Assembly (NCBI GenBank): GCA_963701965.1
Contig: OY969695.1
Span: forward strand, 3,328,001 to 3,392,000
Length of the DNA stretch: 64,000 nucleotides
Direction of reading: 5' to 3'
Source of the DNA: an uncultured Gemmatimonadales bacterium
GTDB lineage: Bacteria > Gemmatimonadota > Gemmatimonadetes > Gemmatimonadales > Gemmatimonadaceae
In this document: positions 48,989-59,099 of the stretch, in pieces
How the letters are laid out: each line of letters starts with the position of its first letter
Numbering within the stretch: the stretch's first letter is position 1
Notes under the pieces: generated by a model
What the model was told of the DNA's origin: nothing
What the model saw: the letters and a program-made list of their open reading frames with translations, nothing else
The model's database searches: none
Translations under genes and position numbers: made by a program

Positions 48989-50370
48989 ACGTCGAATTCT
49001 CCGGCGCCGCACAAGAAGTCACAGGGTCATGCCACATTCTGCGGGTGGCGGGACGCACTGTGCTCTTGGATTGCGGGATGTTCCAGGGCCACCGCCTGGA
49101 AGCCGATGCCAAGAACCGGCGCGTGCCGGTCCCGGTGGCGACCATCGACGCGATCGTCGTGTCGCACGCGCATCTCGATCACACGGGACGTCTGCCCTAT
49201 CTGGTGCACCAGGGCTACGCGGGTCCCATCTTCACGACGGCGGCCACGCGCGATATCTCGGTGGCACTGCTCGCCGACAGCGCGCACATCCAGGAGAGCG
49301 ACGCCGCGCACATCCAACGGCACGGGCGGGAGGCCGTCCAACCGCTCTACGACTCGAATGACGCGTCGCGCACCATCGAGCGCATGCAGCCGCGTCCGCT
49401 GGACGAATGGTTCGACGTCGTGCCCGGCCTACGCGCGCGCTACGGCGAGGCGGGGCATATCCTGGGCTCGGCGTCGGTGACGCTCGAGGCGACCGAACAA
49501 GGGGCCACGCGCCGGCTCATCTTCTCCGGCGACATTGGACGCTGGGGCCTCTCGATCATTCGCGATCCGGTGGCGCCGTCCGATGGCGCGCACATGGTCA
49601 TCATGGAGTCGACGTACGGGGACCGGGACCACGAGAGCGTGGCCCAGGCCCAGGAGCGCCTGGGCGATGTCGTGCGGGCGACGGCGGCGCGCGGCGGGCG
49701 CATCATGATTCCGGCGTTCGCGCTCGGCCGGGCGCAGGAGTTGATCTACGATCTGCACGCGCTGGCCCGCGCCGGCCGGATCCCGCACATCCCGATCGTC
49801 ATCGACAGCCCGCTGGCGAGCGCCGTCACCACGGTGTTCGAGAAGCATCCGGAACTCTACGACCGGACCGAGTCGATGGTCCGCGATGTGCCGCAGTTGT
49901 TCCAGTTCGACATGCTCCGCTACACCCACAGTACCGAGGAGTCCAAGGCGCTCAATACCGAGACCGTGCCGATGGTGATCATCGCCGGATCGGGCATGGC
50001 GGACTCGGGTCGCATTCTGCACCATCTGCTCCACGGCGCATCCGATCCCCGCAACACGGTACTCATCGTCGGATTCCAGGCCGAGCATACCATCGGGCGC
50101 CGCATCGTCGAGCACCGACCGACGCTCAAGATCTTCGACCAGCACGTGCCGCTCCGCGCCCAGGTCGAAGTCCTGAACGGGTACAGTGCCCACGCCGACC
50201 GCACCGAGCTGGCGAAGTGGCTCGACGCGGTGCACGCTGGCGCGCCGCAGTTGGCGCGCGTTTGCCTGGTGCATGGCGAGCCGCAGGCCCAGACATCGCT
50301 GATGGAGCGGTTCGCCGCCAAGGGGTACAAGGTGACCAACCCCGCGCCCGGTACCAAAATCGACGTTTAG
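48985..50370 (+). CDS. MBL-fold beta-CASP nuclease (YSH1/TTHA0252-like)
   Basis: GAAQEVTGS, LDCGMFQG, SHAHLDH, GHILGS, FSGD, ESTYG, SAHAD, VHGE. Confidence 0.93.
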   Translation: MNVEFSGAAQEVTGSCHILRVAGRTVLLDCGMFQGHRLEADAKNRRVPVPVATIDAIVVSHAHLDHTGRLPYLVHQGYAGPIFTTAATRDISVALLADSAHIQESDAAHIQRHGREAVQPLYDSNDASRTIERMQPRPLDEWFDVVPGLRARYGEAGHILGSASVTLEATEQGATRRLIFSGDIGRWGLSIIRDPVAPSDGAHMVIMESTYGDRDHESVAQAQERLGDVVRATAARGGRIMIPAFALGRAQELIYDLHALARAGRIPHIPIVIDSPLASAVTTVFEKHPELYDRTESMVRDVPQLFQFDMLRYTHSTEESKALNTETVPMVIIAGSGMADSGRILHHLLHGASDPRNTVLIVGFQAEHTIGRRIVEHRPTLKIFDQHVPLRAQVEVLNGYSAHADRTELAKWLDAVHAGAPQLARVCLVHGEPQAQTSLMERFAAKGYKVTNPAPGTKIDV

Positions 50371-50416
50371 CAGGGTGCCGAAAGAACGCACGCCTGCTAA
50401 ACGCGTCGGTTGAACT

Positions 50417-50437
50417 GAGCTCCGCCGCGCGGAGCTC
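50417..50437. terminator. Hairpin between convergent genes
   Basis: GAGCTCCGC-cgc-GCGGAGCTC, 9-bp stem. Confidence 0.5.
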
Positions 50438-51120
50438 TAACGCTTCAAGAAATAGCCGGCGGAGCGAACCGTCAGGATATGCTCCGGCGCCAGAGGGTCG
50501 GTCTCGACCTTCTGGCGCAGGCCCACGATGTGCGTGTCGACGGTCCGGCTCACCGTGCCGGCGTTGTAGCCCCAGACCTCGCGCAGCAGCTCCGCGCGCG
50601 ACACGATGCGGCCGCTGTGGCGGATCAAGGCCAGCAGGAGATCATATTCTTTTGGCCGGAGCTCGATCTCGGCGCCATTGCGCCGGACGGTGCGCGTCGG
50701 CGGATAGATCTCCAGTTGGCCGATCCGGATCCAGCTCGCCGGCTCGTCCTGTCGGGCCTGGGCCCGGCGCAGGAGCGCCCGTACCCGGGCCACCAACTCC
50801 AGGATCCCGCACGGTTTCGTGACGTAGTCATCGCCCCCGAGGCCAAAGGCCCGCAGCTTGTCGGGTTCGTCCTTGCGCGCGGTCAGGACCAGCACGGGCA
50901 CATCGACCTGGGCGTCGCGGATCGCGCGCAGGACGTCGTATCCGTCGATGCCGGGCAACATGAGATCGAGGATGACGAGCGCTGGCGTCTGCTCATGCAG
51001 GAGCCGGAGGCCCGTGGCGCCCTCGTGCGCCACTACGACCTCGAACCCTTCGACCTCGAGGTTGTTGCGCAATCCCGCCGCGTAGCTCTGATTGTCTTCG
51101 ACGAGCAGTATCAGCGCCAT
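50437..51120 (-). CDS. OmpR-family response regulator
   Basis: ILDLMLPG.DG, DDYVTKP, LLREVWGY, SRTVDTHI..LRQK, ILTVR.AGY. Confidence 0.95.
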   Translation of the reverse strand: MALILLVEDNQSYAAGLRNNLEVEGFEVVVAHEGATGLRLLHEQTPALVILDLMLPGIDGYDVLRAIRDAQVDVPVLVLTARKDEPDKLRAFGLGGDDYVTKPCGILELVARVRALLRRAQARQDEPASWIRIGQLEIYPPTRTVRRNGAEIELRPKEYDLLLALIRHSGRIVSRAELLREVWGYNAGTVSRTVDTHIVGLRQKVETDPLAPEHILTVRSAGYFLKR

Positions 51121-51148
51121 AGTGCTCGGGCCATATTGCCCGGAATAT

Positions 51149-52825
51149 ATGCGGAAACCCCTCGTGCCCCGGTCCCGCGGTCAGCTCCTCATCGCGCTCA
51201 CCGTCGCCCTGGCTGCCGCCTTCGGGCTCGCGGTCTGGCAGACCGGTCGGGTGCAGCACGAGCGCGTGCGCGCGGCCGTCTGCTTTTATGCCGCAAGCGC
51301 GGCGCGGCAGCTGTTGGCGCGGGCCCGCGTGCTGCTCCACGCCACGGCCGATCCCATCTTCGCTGGCGTTGGCGGCCAGGTCCCCGTGGCGCCGGGCGCG
51401 CCCCTGCCGTCGCCCGCGGTGCTGGCGCATACCGCGCAGTCGCTTGCCGATTGTCATTGCTCGCCCGCCGTCCCGGCGCGCGCCTATTTTCGCGCCAATG
51501 CATCCGACGGCCGCATCACGGTCGTGCCGGCAGCCGGCGACTCGTCAGTCACCGATACGGCGGCCATCCGGCACACGCTCACGGCCAGCGTGGCGGTGAT
51601 TCGCGCCGCGGGGGTCGCCGCGCTCCAGTCGAAGCACGACGTCATCATTGTCGCGCCCAAATACGCGTCGGACGGCGCGCTGCGCGCGATCTACGGGATC
51701 GTCATGGCGCCCGCGGCGTTCGCCGAGACGTTCGTGGCGCCGATCTTCAATCAGGTGTCGCTCTTTCCGCGCGAGTTGACGGAGCGGGGCACGCTGCCGA
51801 ATTCCGCGTTCGTCTCCTACCGCGTCACGGACTACGATGGCGCGGCCATCGACCAGTCCGCCGAGCAGTTCTCGGGGTGCACCGGGACGGCGGTGCCGGA
51901 TCCGGCGATGGCCTACGTGCTGCTTTCCCTGCGTGCGACGCCGGCCACCGCGGAGCGGTGGTCGGCGGTGGGCACGGTGCCTTCGCGCCTGCCGATCCTC
52001 GCGACGTTGCTGTTCGCGACGCTGGGCTGCGGCGCCGCCGCGGCGATCGTCGGGCATCGGGAGGCGGAGTTGGCGCGCCTCCGATCGGATTTCGTGTCGG
52101 GCGTGTCGCACGAGCTGCGGATGCCGCTGGCGCAGATCCTCCTGTTCGGCGAGACGTTGAGCCTGGGCCGCACCCGGTCCGAGGCCGCGCGCACCGAGGC
52201 CGCCGACGTCATCGTGCGGGAGGCCAACCGCCTGACGGGTCTCGTGGAGAACATTCTGTATTTCTCGCGCGTGGAGCACCACAACCTGCACGTCGCGATG
52301 GAGCCGGTGAGGCTCGGCGCCTGGACGGAGACGATCGCGGCGGCGATGGGTCCGTTGGCGGCCGACGCCGGGGCGGCCATCGCGGTGGACGTGCCCGAGC
52401 GGTTGGACGTGATGCTCGACCAGAGCGCGTTTCGACAGGTGCTATTCAACCTGTTGGACAACGCTCTCAAATACGGACCCCGCGGACAGCGCGTGTCAGT
52501 GACCGCCGTCGCTGTGGATGGCCGGGTGCGTCTGGCGATCGAAGATCAAGGTCCCGGGATTCCGGCGGCCGACGCGCGCCGCATCTTCACGCCCTTCGTG
52601 CGTCTCGATCGCGATCGACACACCGCGGTCGGCGGCTGTGGTCTGGGACTGGCGGTCGTGCGGGACATCGTGGCGCTGCACGGCGGGCGCGTGTGGGTCG
52701 AGCCGACGCCGGGCGGTCACGCCCGGTTCGTTATAGAGCTACAGCTCTCGTTCGCGGACCGGGAGAGCGGTGCGGTCCGGCTCGATGAGACCCTGCCCGG
52801 CGCCGAGGATCGTCACGTCGGGTAG
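51149..52825 (+). CDS. Membrane sensor histidine kinase
   Basis: Two TMs around a periplasmic domain; FVSGVSHELRMPL, NLLDNALKY, DQGPGI, GCGLGLA. Confidence 0.92.
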   Translation: MRKPLVPRSRGQLLIALTVALAAAFGLAVWQTGRVQHERVRAAVCFYAASAARQLLARARVLLHATADPIFAGVGGQVPVAPGAPLPSPAVLAHTAQSLADCHCSPAVPARAYFRANASDGRITVVPAAGDSSVTDTAAIRHTLTASVAVIRAAGVAALQSKHDVIIVAPKYASDGALRAIYGIVMAPAAFAETFVAPIFNQVSLFPRELTERGTLPNSAFVSYRVTDYDGAAIDQSAEQFSGCTGTAVPDPAMAYVLLSLRATPATAERWSAVGTVPSRLPILATLLFATLGCGAAAAIVGHREAELARLRSDFVSGVSHELRMPLAQILLFGETLSLGRTRSEAARTEAADVIVREANRLTGLVENILYFSRVEHHNLHVAMEPVRLGAWTETIAAAMGPLAADAGAAIAVDVPERLDVMLDQSAFRQVLFNLLDNALKYGPRGQRVSVTAVAVDGRVRLAIEDQGPGIPAADARRIFTPFVRLDRDRHTAVGGCGLGLAVVRDIVALHGGRVWVEPTPGGHARFVIELQLSFADRESGAVRLDETLPGAEDRHVG

Positions 52826-53245
52826 ACCGGCGGTGACGGTCTCCGTGAAGTAACACATCTCCGGCTGCGAGCCATTGGCGACGATGGCGCGAATGGGGAC
52901 CGGCGCGCCGACGATGGTGCGCGACTCGCCCGGCCGCAGTTGGTACGGCTCGGAGCGCAGATCACAGGCATCGGGAACAGCGGCCTGGCCATCGTAGGCC
53001 GCCGGGCCCCGGCGGTCCGGCGACGTATAGACGCTGAGCACGATCGTGCAGGCGGGATTGCCGAGCACGACGCGCCGTGGCGCGCCGGAGGTGTTGGTGA
53101 CGGTCAGCGTGGGGTACAGCATTTCCGCCGTGGCCATGGTAGAGGCCACGAACCGAAGCCCATCCCATGTCAACGACTCGTGGACGATACCATTCGGTAC
53201 CGTCGCGAGGGTCGTCGCGATCGCGCCTGCATACATCCAGATCAC
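52739..53245 (-). CDS. Hypothetical exported protein (beta-sandwich-like)
   Basis: Fills the gap downstream of the permease; TLTVTNTS, paired Cys, LRPGESRT; start uncertain. Confidence 0.5.
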   Translation of the reverse strand: MIWMYAGAIATTLATVPNGIVHESLTWDGLRFVASTMATAEMLYPTLTVTNTSGAPRRVVLGNPACTIVLSVYTSPDRRGPAAYDGQAAVPDACDLRSEPYQLRPGESRTIVGAPVPIRAIVANGSQPEMCYFTETVTAGLPDVTILGAGQGLIEPDRTALPVREREL

Positions 53246-53306
53246 GGATACACCCCAGCCTCAAGCCACCCGTAATCTGTGGGCCGCCGGTCCCGCGCGC
53301 TATTCC

Positions 53307-55898
53307 CTATTCGCCTTGCAGCGCGAGTTTCGGATCGATCGCGGTGGCGCGCCGCGCCGGAAAATAGGCCGCGGCGCCGGCCACGCCGGTCATGAAGGCG
53401 ATGGCGCCGACCAGGACTCTCGGATCGAGCGGACTGGTGTCGTATAAGAGCGATGCCATGATCTTCGACAGCGAGAGGGCGCCCAGCAATCCGAGCCCGA
53501 TGCCCAACGCGGTCACCACGAGTCCTTGACGGAGGACCATGGCCCGAATCACGCCGCGATCGGCGCCCAACGCCATCCGAATGCCGATCTCCTTGCCCCG
53601 CAGCGTCACGATGTACGACAGCACGCCGAACAATCCGACGGCGGCCAGCAGCAGCGCGACCGCGGCGAAGCTCACCAGGATCCGCATCGTGAAGATCCGC
53701 TGCGCCGAGCCTTGGCCGATCACCTCGTCCAGCGGCGCGGGGTGATCCATGACCAGACGCGGATCGAGCAACGCCAACGCCCGCCGGACGGCCGGCGCGG
53801 CATTGAGCGGCGGGCCGTCCGTGCGCACCAGCTGCACCAGCGACCAGTTGCGATCGCCGGCGAACTGACGATGGGCATAGTAGACGTAGGGTTCCGTCCG
53901 GCCATCGGGAAAGATGGCGACGTCGCCGACGACGCCGATGACGACGCTTTCCCGGTCGCCCGCGTTGAGTTGCTGACCGATCGCATCGACGCCCGGGAAG
54001 AAGCGCTGGGCCGCCGAGTGGCTGATGACGATGTGGCGGGGCACGCCGGCGTCGTCGCGCGCGTCGAACACGCGCCCTGCCAGCACGGGGATTTGTGCCG
54101 CCGCGAAGTACTGCCCGGACACCACGCGGTTGTCGGTCAGCGCGTTCTCTTCCTTGGTGCCCGCCAACGGACCGGAGAGCGCGTCCGTCCCCCACTGGTT
54201 GAATTCGCCAGTGGCAGGGAGCTTCGAGATGCCGCCGACGGCGCGCACGCCGGGCACTTGGGCGATGCGCTCGGCTAACGTTTCGTAGAAACGGGCGCGA
54301 GCCGTCGAGTCGTACGTCGCGTCGGGGAGACTCACGCGAAACGTCAACACGTGATCCGTGCCCACGCCCAGCGGGGTTTGCTCGAGACGCGCCAGGCTGG
54401 CCAGCAGCACGCCGGCGCCGACGAGCAGCACGAACGCCAGCGCGACCTGGGCGATGACGAGACCGGCGCGCAGTCGCCCTTGGCCCGCCGACGATGACGC
54501 GCCGCGCGCTTGCTCGCGGAGCGTCCCGTTCGGATCCACGCGCGCGGCGCGGAGCGCGGGCACGAGGCCGAATCCCAACGCGCTCAGCGTGGATACGCCG
54601 AGCGAAAACATCAGGATCCACGGATCGAGCGCCACCTGATCGATGCGCGGGATCGAACCGGCGCCGAGCCGCGCCAGCGCGGCCATCGCCAAACGCGCGA
54701 CGCCGATGCCGGCGACGCCGCCGGCCACGGCCAGCGTGAGGCTCTCAATGAGCAGCTGCCGCACGAGGCGCGTGCGGCGCGCGCCAAGCGCGGACCGCAC
54801 GGCGAACTCGCGGCTCCGCTCCGAGGCCCGGACCAGCAGCAGGTTGGCGATGTTGACGCAGACGAGCAGCAGCACGAGGCCTACCGCTCCGAGCAGCGCC
54901 ACGAGGGCGCGATCGGCCGTGCCGACGACGTCGGTCTTGAGGGGAACGAGTACTCCGCGGTAGTTCTTCTCCTGAGGATTGGCGATTGCGAGCGCAAGAC
55001 ACAGGGCGTCCAACTCGGCTTGCGCCTGGGTAATGGACGCGCCCGGCTTGAGGCGGGCCAGCACGGTGAGAAAGTTGTTGCCCGGCGTGAAATCACCGGG
55101 ATGGGCCGCGATGTCGACCGGGATCCAGGCATCGACCGCGCCGGAGACCGGGTCGCGGAACTCCTCCGGGCCGACGCCCACGATAGTCCGCGGGATCCCG
55201 CTCATGGTGATCGAGCGGCCGAGCGCGGAGGGATCGCCGCCAAATCGCCGCAGCCAGAACTCGTGGCTCAGGATCACGACGGGCGAGCCGATCTCCTCCC
55301 GCGACTCGAACGCACGGCCGATCGCGGGCGGCGCGCGCAGCGTCGCGAAGTAATCGGCGGTGACGGGCAGGATCTTGATCCGCTCGGCCCCGCCGCCCAG
55401 ATCGATGTCGGCCCCACGTACGTCGTACGTAAAGGTGGCCGCCGCCTGCGCGAAGGTGGAGAGCTGCGTCCGGTAGGCGTTGAAATACGGCACGCTGACG
55501 AAGCCCCGGGCGTCGCGGTCGTTCACGAAGCTCGTGTACACCCGGACCAGTTGCTCGGGTTTGCCATAGGGCAGCGGCTTGAGCAGCACGGCATTGACGG
55601 CACTGAACACTGCGGTGACGCCGCCGGTGCCGAGGGCCAACGTGAGAATCGCGACGATCGTGAAGCGCTTGCTGCGGGCCAGCGTGCGCAACGACCAGCC
55701 GACGTCGGCGATGCTGTCCTCGAGCAGTCGCGTGCCGCGCGCGTCGCGCACTTCTTCTTTGTAATTCTCTATGGCGCCAAACGCCTTCCGCCCCGACATC
55801 TCGAGATGGAACCGCATCTCCTCGGCCATCTCGGCTTCTTCGCGCCGGCGGAAGATGAGCGCGCGCACGCGCTCGGTCAGGTCGGTGAAGAGACTCAT
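53307..55898 (-). CDS. ADOP-type duplicated MacB/FtsX ABC permease
   Basis: EEMRFHLEM prefix, ILTLALG, VCVNIANLLL.R...R.REFAVR.ALGA, R.KEIGIRMALGA, PARRATAIDP..AL. Confidence 0.93.
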   Translation of the reverse strand: MSLFTDLTERVRALIFRRREEAEMAEEMRFHLEMSGRKAFGAIENYKEEVRDARGTRLLEDSIADVGWSLRTLARSKRFTIVAILTLALGTGGVTAVFSAVNAVLLKPLPYGKPEQLVRVYTSFVNDRDARGFVSVPYFNAYRTQLSTFAQAAATFTYDVRGADIDLGGGAERIKILPVTADYFATLRAPPAIGRAFESREEIGSPVVILSHEFWLRRFGGDPSALGRSITMSGIPRTIVGVGPEEFRDPVSGAVDAWIPVDIAAHPGDFTPGNNFLTVLARLKPGASITQAQAELDALCLALAIANPQEKNYRGVLVPLKTDVVGTADRALVALLGAVGLVLLLVCVNIANLLLVRASERSREFAVRSALGARRTRLVRQLLIESLTLAVAGGVAGIGVARLAMAALARLGAGSIPRIDQVALDPWILMFSLGVSTLSALGFGLVPALRAARVDPNGTLREQARGASSSAGQGRLRAGLVIAQVALAFVLLVGAGVLLASLARLEQTPLGVGTDHVLTFRVSLPDATYDSTARARFYETLAERIAQVPGVRAVGGISKLPATGEFNQWGTDALSGPLAGTKEENALTDNRVVSGQYFAAAQIPVLAGRVFDARDDAGVPRHIVISHSAAQRFFPGVDAIGQQLNAGDRESVVIGVVGDVAIFPDGRTEPYVYYAHRQFAGDRNWSLVQLVRTDGPPLNAAPAVRRALALLDPRLVMDHPAPLDEVIGQGSAQRIFTMRILVSFAAVALLLAAVGLFGVLSYIVTLRGKEIGIRMALGADRGVIRAMVLRQGLVVTALGIGLGLLGALSLSKIMASLLYDTSPLDPRVLVGAIAFMTGVAGAAAYFPARRATAIDPKLALQGE

Positions 55899-56203
55899 GC
55901 CAGCACCCAATTGACGGCGGCCGACGTGCGCTCCCACGTCGCGCGCTCGATCTCCAGTTGGCGCCGTCCGGCGGCGGTCAGCTCGTAGTACCGCGCCCGC
56001 CGGTTGTTTTCCGTGGCGCGCCAAGCGGCCGTGATCCAACCGCGCCGTTTCATACGCTGGAGGGCGGGGTAGAGCGAGCCCTGTTGCACGGAAAACACGC
56101 CGCGCGACAGCTGCTCGACGCGCTGGGCGATGCCCCACCCGTGCATGGGTTCCAACACCAGCGTCTTGAGGACCAGCATTTCCAACGTGCCTTGTAGTAG
56201 CAC
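55895..56203 (-). CDS. PadR-family regulator (acidobacterial type)
   Basis: LLQGTLEMLVLKTL, HGWGIA, GSLYPAL.R, ENNRRARYY; GGAG RBS before GTG 56203. Confidence 0.93.
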   Translation of the reverse strand: MLLQGTLEMLVLKTLVLEPMHGWGIAQRVEQLSRGVFSVQQGSLYPALQRMKRRGWITAAWRATENNRRARYYELTAAGRRQLEIERATWERTSAAVNWVLA

Positions 56204-56211
56204 CGGCGCTC

Positions 56212-56239
56212 CTGTAGACCGTCTACAGAGCACACTATA
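56212..56239 (-). promoter_or_regulatory. padR promoter with palindromic operator
   Basis: CTGTAGAC-c-GTCTACAG (56212-56228) directly downstream of the minus-strand TATAGT (56239-56234). Confidence 0.7.
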
Positions 56240-57424
56240 TCACGGGGTGGCTCCCGCCGCCAGCAGGGCGGCCCGGGTGGCCGCGTAGTCGCCGGCGGCA
56301 CGGAGCCAACTCCCGTTGGCCCCATGGTAGGCCCAGCCGATGGGCGTGCCGCTGTATCGCTCATCGATTGTCTCGACGGGCGCGCCGTGCTGCAGGAGCT
56401 CGCGAACCATGGCGACGTTGCCGTGGAAGGCGGCCCAGTGCAGCGCGGTCGCGCCGTGGTGCCCGCGCGCGTCCACCGGCCAGCCGAGGGCCAGCATACG
56501 GGAGACGGCGCGGGTGTTGTTCCGCTCGGCCATCTCGGCGATCCGCGGGCCCAGTGCCTCGGAGATCGCGACCGGGCCCTGGGCGGTCTCCTCGCTGCCA
56601 TCGGCGATAGCGACGGCCAGCCGAAGATCGGGCGTGCTGCGTTCCCACAGGAGGTCGTACACGGCCGGATGTCCGAACGCGCGCGCGACTTCGTGGGCGG
56701 TCATGTTGTGCCCCAGCGTCCAGTGGTAGATCGAGCCTCCGGCCTGGAGATTTTGTTGCGGAAAGTGCCGGTGAGACACCGTGAGGGTCACTGAGGCCGG
56801 ATCCGCGTCGAGGTGTCGTCGCACCAGGTCGATGTCGCCGAGGGCCACGGCGAGCAGGAGGTCCGTGCGGCATCCGCGCGCCACGAGCGCGCGCGCCACG
56901 TCCTGATGCTCACGTACCATGTACTGCGCGGGCGTCGACTCGTGGTCGATGGCCAGCGCATTGATGTCAGCGCCGTGGTCGAGCAGCAGGTGCGCTGTCG
57001 ACACCGTCCTCGCGCAGTGGAGCGGCGTCTGGCCATCGGGACCGTGGGCGTGGACGACGCCGGGATCGCGTGCGATCAAGGCGCGCAGGTCGGCCTCGAG
57101 GCCGAGCCGCGCCGCCGCGAACGCGTCGACGCGGGCGCCGCGCTGGATGAGATACGCGGCCAGCGCTGGTTCGGCCTGATCCAGGACACCGAAACCGCCC
57201 GCCCACCAGTGACTCTTCTGGTCGATGTCGGCGCCGGCATCGAGCAGCGTGTCGATGATCTCCCGGTTGCCGCGTTGCACGGCACCCAGGAGCGCCGTGG
57301 CACCGAAGCCCAACTCCTCGATGGGGTCATTGATATGGTCCCTCAGGTCCGGGTGCGCCGCCAGGGTGGCACGGACCGTGGCGGCATCATTTGCTTGGAT
57401 GGCACGGGCGAGATCGGACAACAT
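56240..57424 (-). CDS. Ankyrin-repeat protein
   Basis: GATALL.A, LLDAGADID, GQTPLH.A, LLDHGADINA, GATALHWAAFHG, GTPIGWA. Confidence 0.88.
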   Translation of the reverse strand: MLSDLARAIQANDAATVRATLAAHPDLRDHINDPIEELGFGATALLGAVQRGNREIIDTLLDAGADIDQKSHWWAGGFGVLDQAEPALAAYLIQRGARVDAFAAARLGLEADLRALIARDPGVVHAHGPDGQTPLHCARTVSTAHLLLDHGADINALAIDHESTPAQYMVREHQDVARALVARGCRTDLLLAVALGDIDLVRRHLDADPASVTLTVSHRHFPQQNLQAGGSIYHWTLGHNMTAHEVARAFGHPAVYDLLWERSTPDLRLAVAIADGSEETAQGPVAISEALGPRIAEMAERNNTRAVSRMLALGWPVDARGHHGATALHWAAFHGNVAMVRELLQHGAPVETIDERYSGTPIGWAYHGANGSWLRAAGDYAATRAALLAAGATP

Positions 57425-57475
57425 GTGTCGAAAACTAGTTAGCGATTCGGGTCCCGGCGCGATTAAGTTGCCCGG

Positions 57476-59095
57476 ATGACGTACCGGGTACTGATCACTG
57501 ACGAGATAGATCCCGACGGCGTGGCCGTGCTGGCCGCGGAACCTGGCTTGACCGTCGATGAAGTGCCGACGCTTTCGCGCGACGAGCTCTTGGCGCGCAT
57601 CGGCGGCTACGACGCGCTGGTTGGTCGGAGCGCGACGCGCATTTCGCCGGAGTTGCTGCGCGCGGCGCCGCGGCTTTCGGTCGTGGGCCGCGCCGGTGTG
57701 GGGGTCGACAACATCGCGGTCGATCTGGCGACCGAGATGGGGATCGCGGTGATCAATGCACCGGCGGGCAACACGATCGCGGTGGCCGAACTGTTTTTCG
57801 GGACCGTCATCGGGCTGCTGCGGCACATCCCGCGCGCGGACCATTCGATGCACGACGGCCGGTGGGATCGCTCGCAGTTCCTGGGCCGCGAATTGCGGGG
57901 CCAGACGCTCGGCATCGTCGGGCTGGGCCGCATCGGGGGCGAGATCGCGGTGCGCGCCCATGCGTTTGGTATGACCGTGGTGGCGTACGATCCGTACATT
58001 GGCGAGAGTCGCTTTCAGGGGCTCAGGGTCCGGCGGGCGTCGACGTTGGACGACCTCCTGTCCGAGTCGAGTCTCGTCACCGTCCACACGCCGCTGACCG
58101 ATGAGACGCGGGGCCTGATCGGCGCGCGCGAGATCGCGCGCCTCCCGCATGGCGCGGTCGTGGTCAACATGGCCCGGGGCGGCATCGTCGACGACGCCGC
58201 ACTCTCGACGGCCATCCGCGCGGGGCGCGTCGCCGGCGCCGTGCTGGACGTGTACGCCGCCGAGCCGCTGGCGGCGGACCATCCGCTGCGCGCGATGACG
58301 AACGTGGTGTTGACGCCGCACATCGGCGCGTCCACGGCGGAGGCGCAACGGTCCGTGGCGGTCGACGTGTGCCGGGCGGTTCGCGATGCGCTGCTGCACG
58401 GCGAGCTGTCCCAGTCGATCAACGCGGCACTCGTCGACGGCTTGTCGGCGGCCGACGTGCGGCCGGTGTTGGTCCTCACGCGGCAGCTTGCGGCCGTCGG
58501 CCGCGCCGTGTTGGCGTCGCGCGGAGCGCGCGCCATCGACCGCATCGACGTGACGAGTGGTGACGCGCTGACCGGCGCGCGCGATGCGCTGCAGGCGGCG
58601 GCGGCACTCGGCGCGTTGGCGCCGGTGCTGTCCAACGAACGCCTCAACCTGATCAACGCGCGCGCGCTGGCCGTCGCGCGCGGGATCGCGCTGTCGGCCA
58701 CGCAAGGGGCACCGTCGGACAACGGGCCCGCGCCCTATGGGGTGAGCGTGCGCGTCACCAGCGGGTCGCGCGAGATCAGTGTCGCCGGCACGGCGCATCC
58801 CGCGGGCGCGCCGCGTTTGACGCGCATCGGCTCGTTCCACGTGGATGTGCATCCCCGTGGGACGTTGCTCATCCTGGACAACACGGACGTCCCCGGCGTC
58901 ATTGGTCACGTTGGCACGGTGCTCGGCGCCGCCGGGGTCAACATCGCCGAGTATCATCAGGCGCGCCTCGCGCAGGGTGGGGAAGCGTTGGCCGCGGTGG
59001 CGGTGGACGGGCGGGTCGGTGACGATGTGCGGCACGCGTTGCTGGCACTCCCGGACGTGCACGCGGTCACCGTCGTCGAGCTGCCCACCGAGTAA
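57476..59095 (+). CDS. serA: D-3-phosphoglycerate dehydrogenase (type I, ASB plus ACT domains)
   Basis: RSAT, GRAGVGVDNI, GLGRIG, NMARGG, TPHIGAST.EAQ, N.DVPGVIG.VG..LG..GVNIA. Confidence 0.95.
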   Translation: MTYRVLITDEIDPDGVAVLAAEPGLTVDEVPTLSRDELLARIGGYDALVGRSATRISPELLRAAPRLSVVGRAGVGVDNIAVDLATEMGIAVINAPAGNTIAVAELFFGTVIGLLRHIPRADHSMHDGRWDRSQFLGRELRGQTLGIVGLGRIGGEIAVRAHAFGMTVVAYDPYIGESRFQGLRVRRASTLDDLLSESSLVTVHTPLTDETRGLIGAREIARLPHGAVVVNMARGGIVDDAALSTAIRAGRVAGAVLDVYAAEPLAADHPLRAMTNVVLTPHIGASTAEAQRSVAVDVCRAVRDALLHGELSQSINAALVDGLSAADVRPVLVLTRQLAAVGRAVLASRGARAIDRIDVTSGDALTGARDALQAAAALGALAPVLSNERLNLINARALAVARGIALSATQGAPSDNGPAPYGVSVRVTSGSREISVAGTAHPAGAPRLTRIGSFHVDVHPRGTLLILDNTDVPGVIGHVGTVLGAAGVNIAEYHQARLAQGGEALAAVAVDGRVGDDVRHALLALPDVHAVTVVELPTE

Positions 59096-59099
59096 GCGC

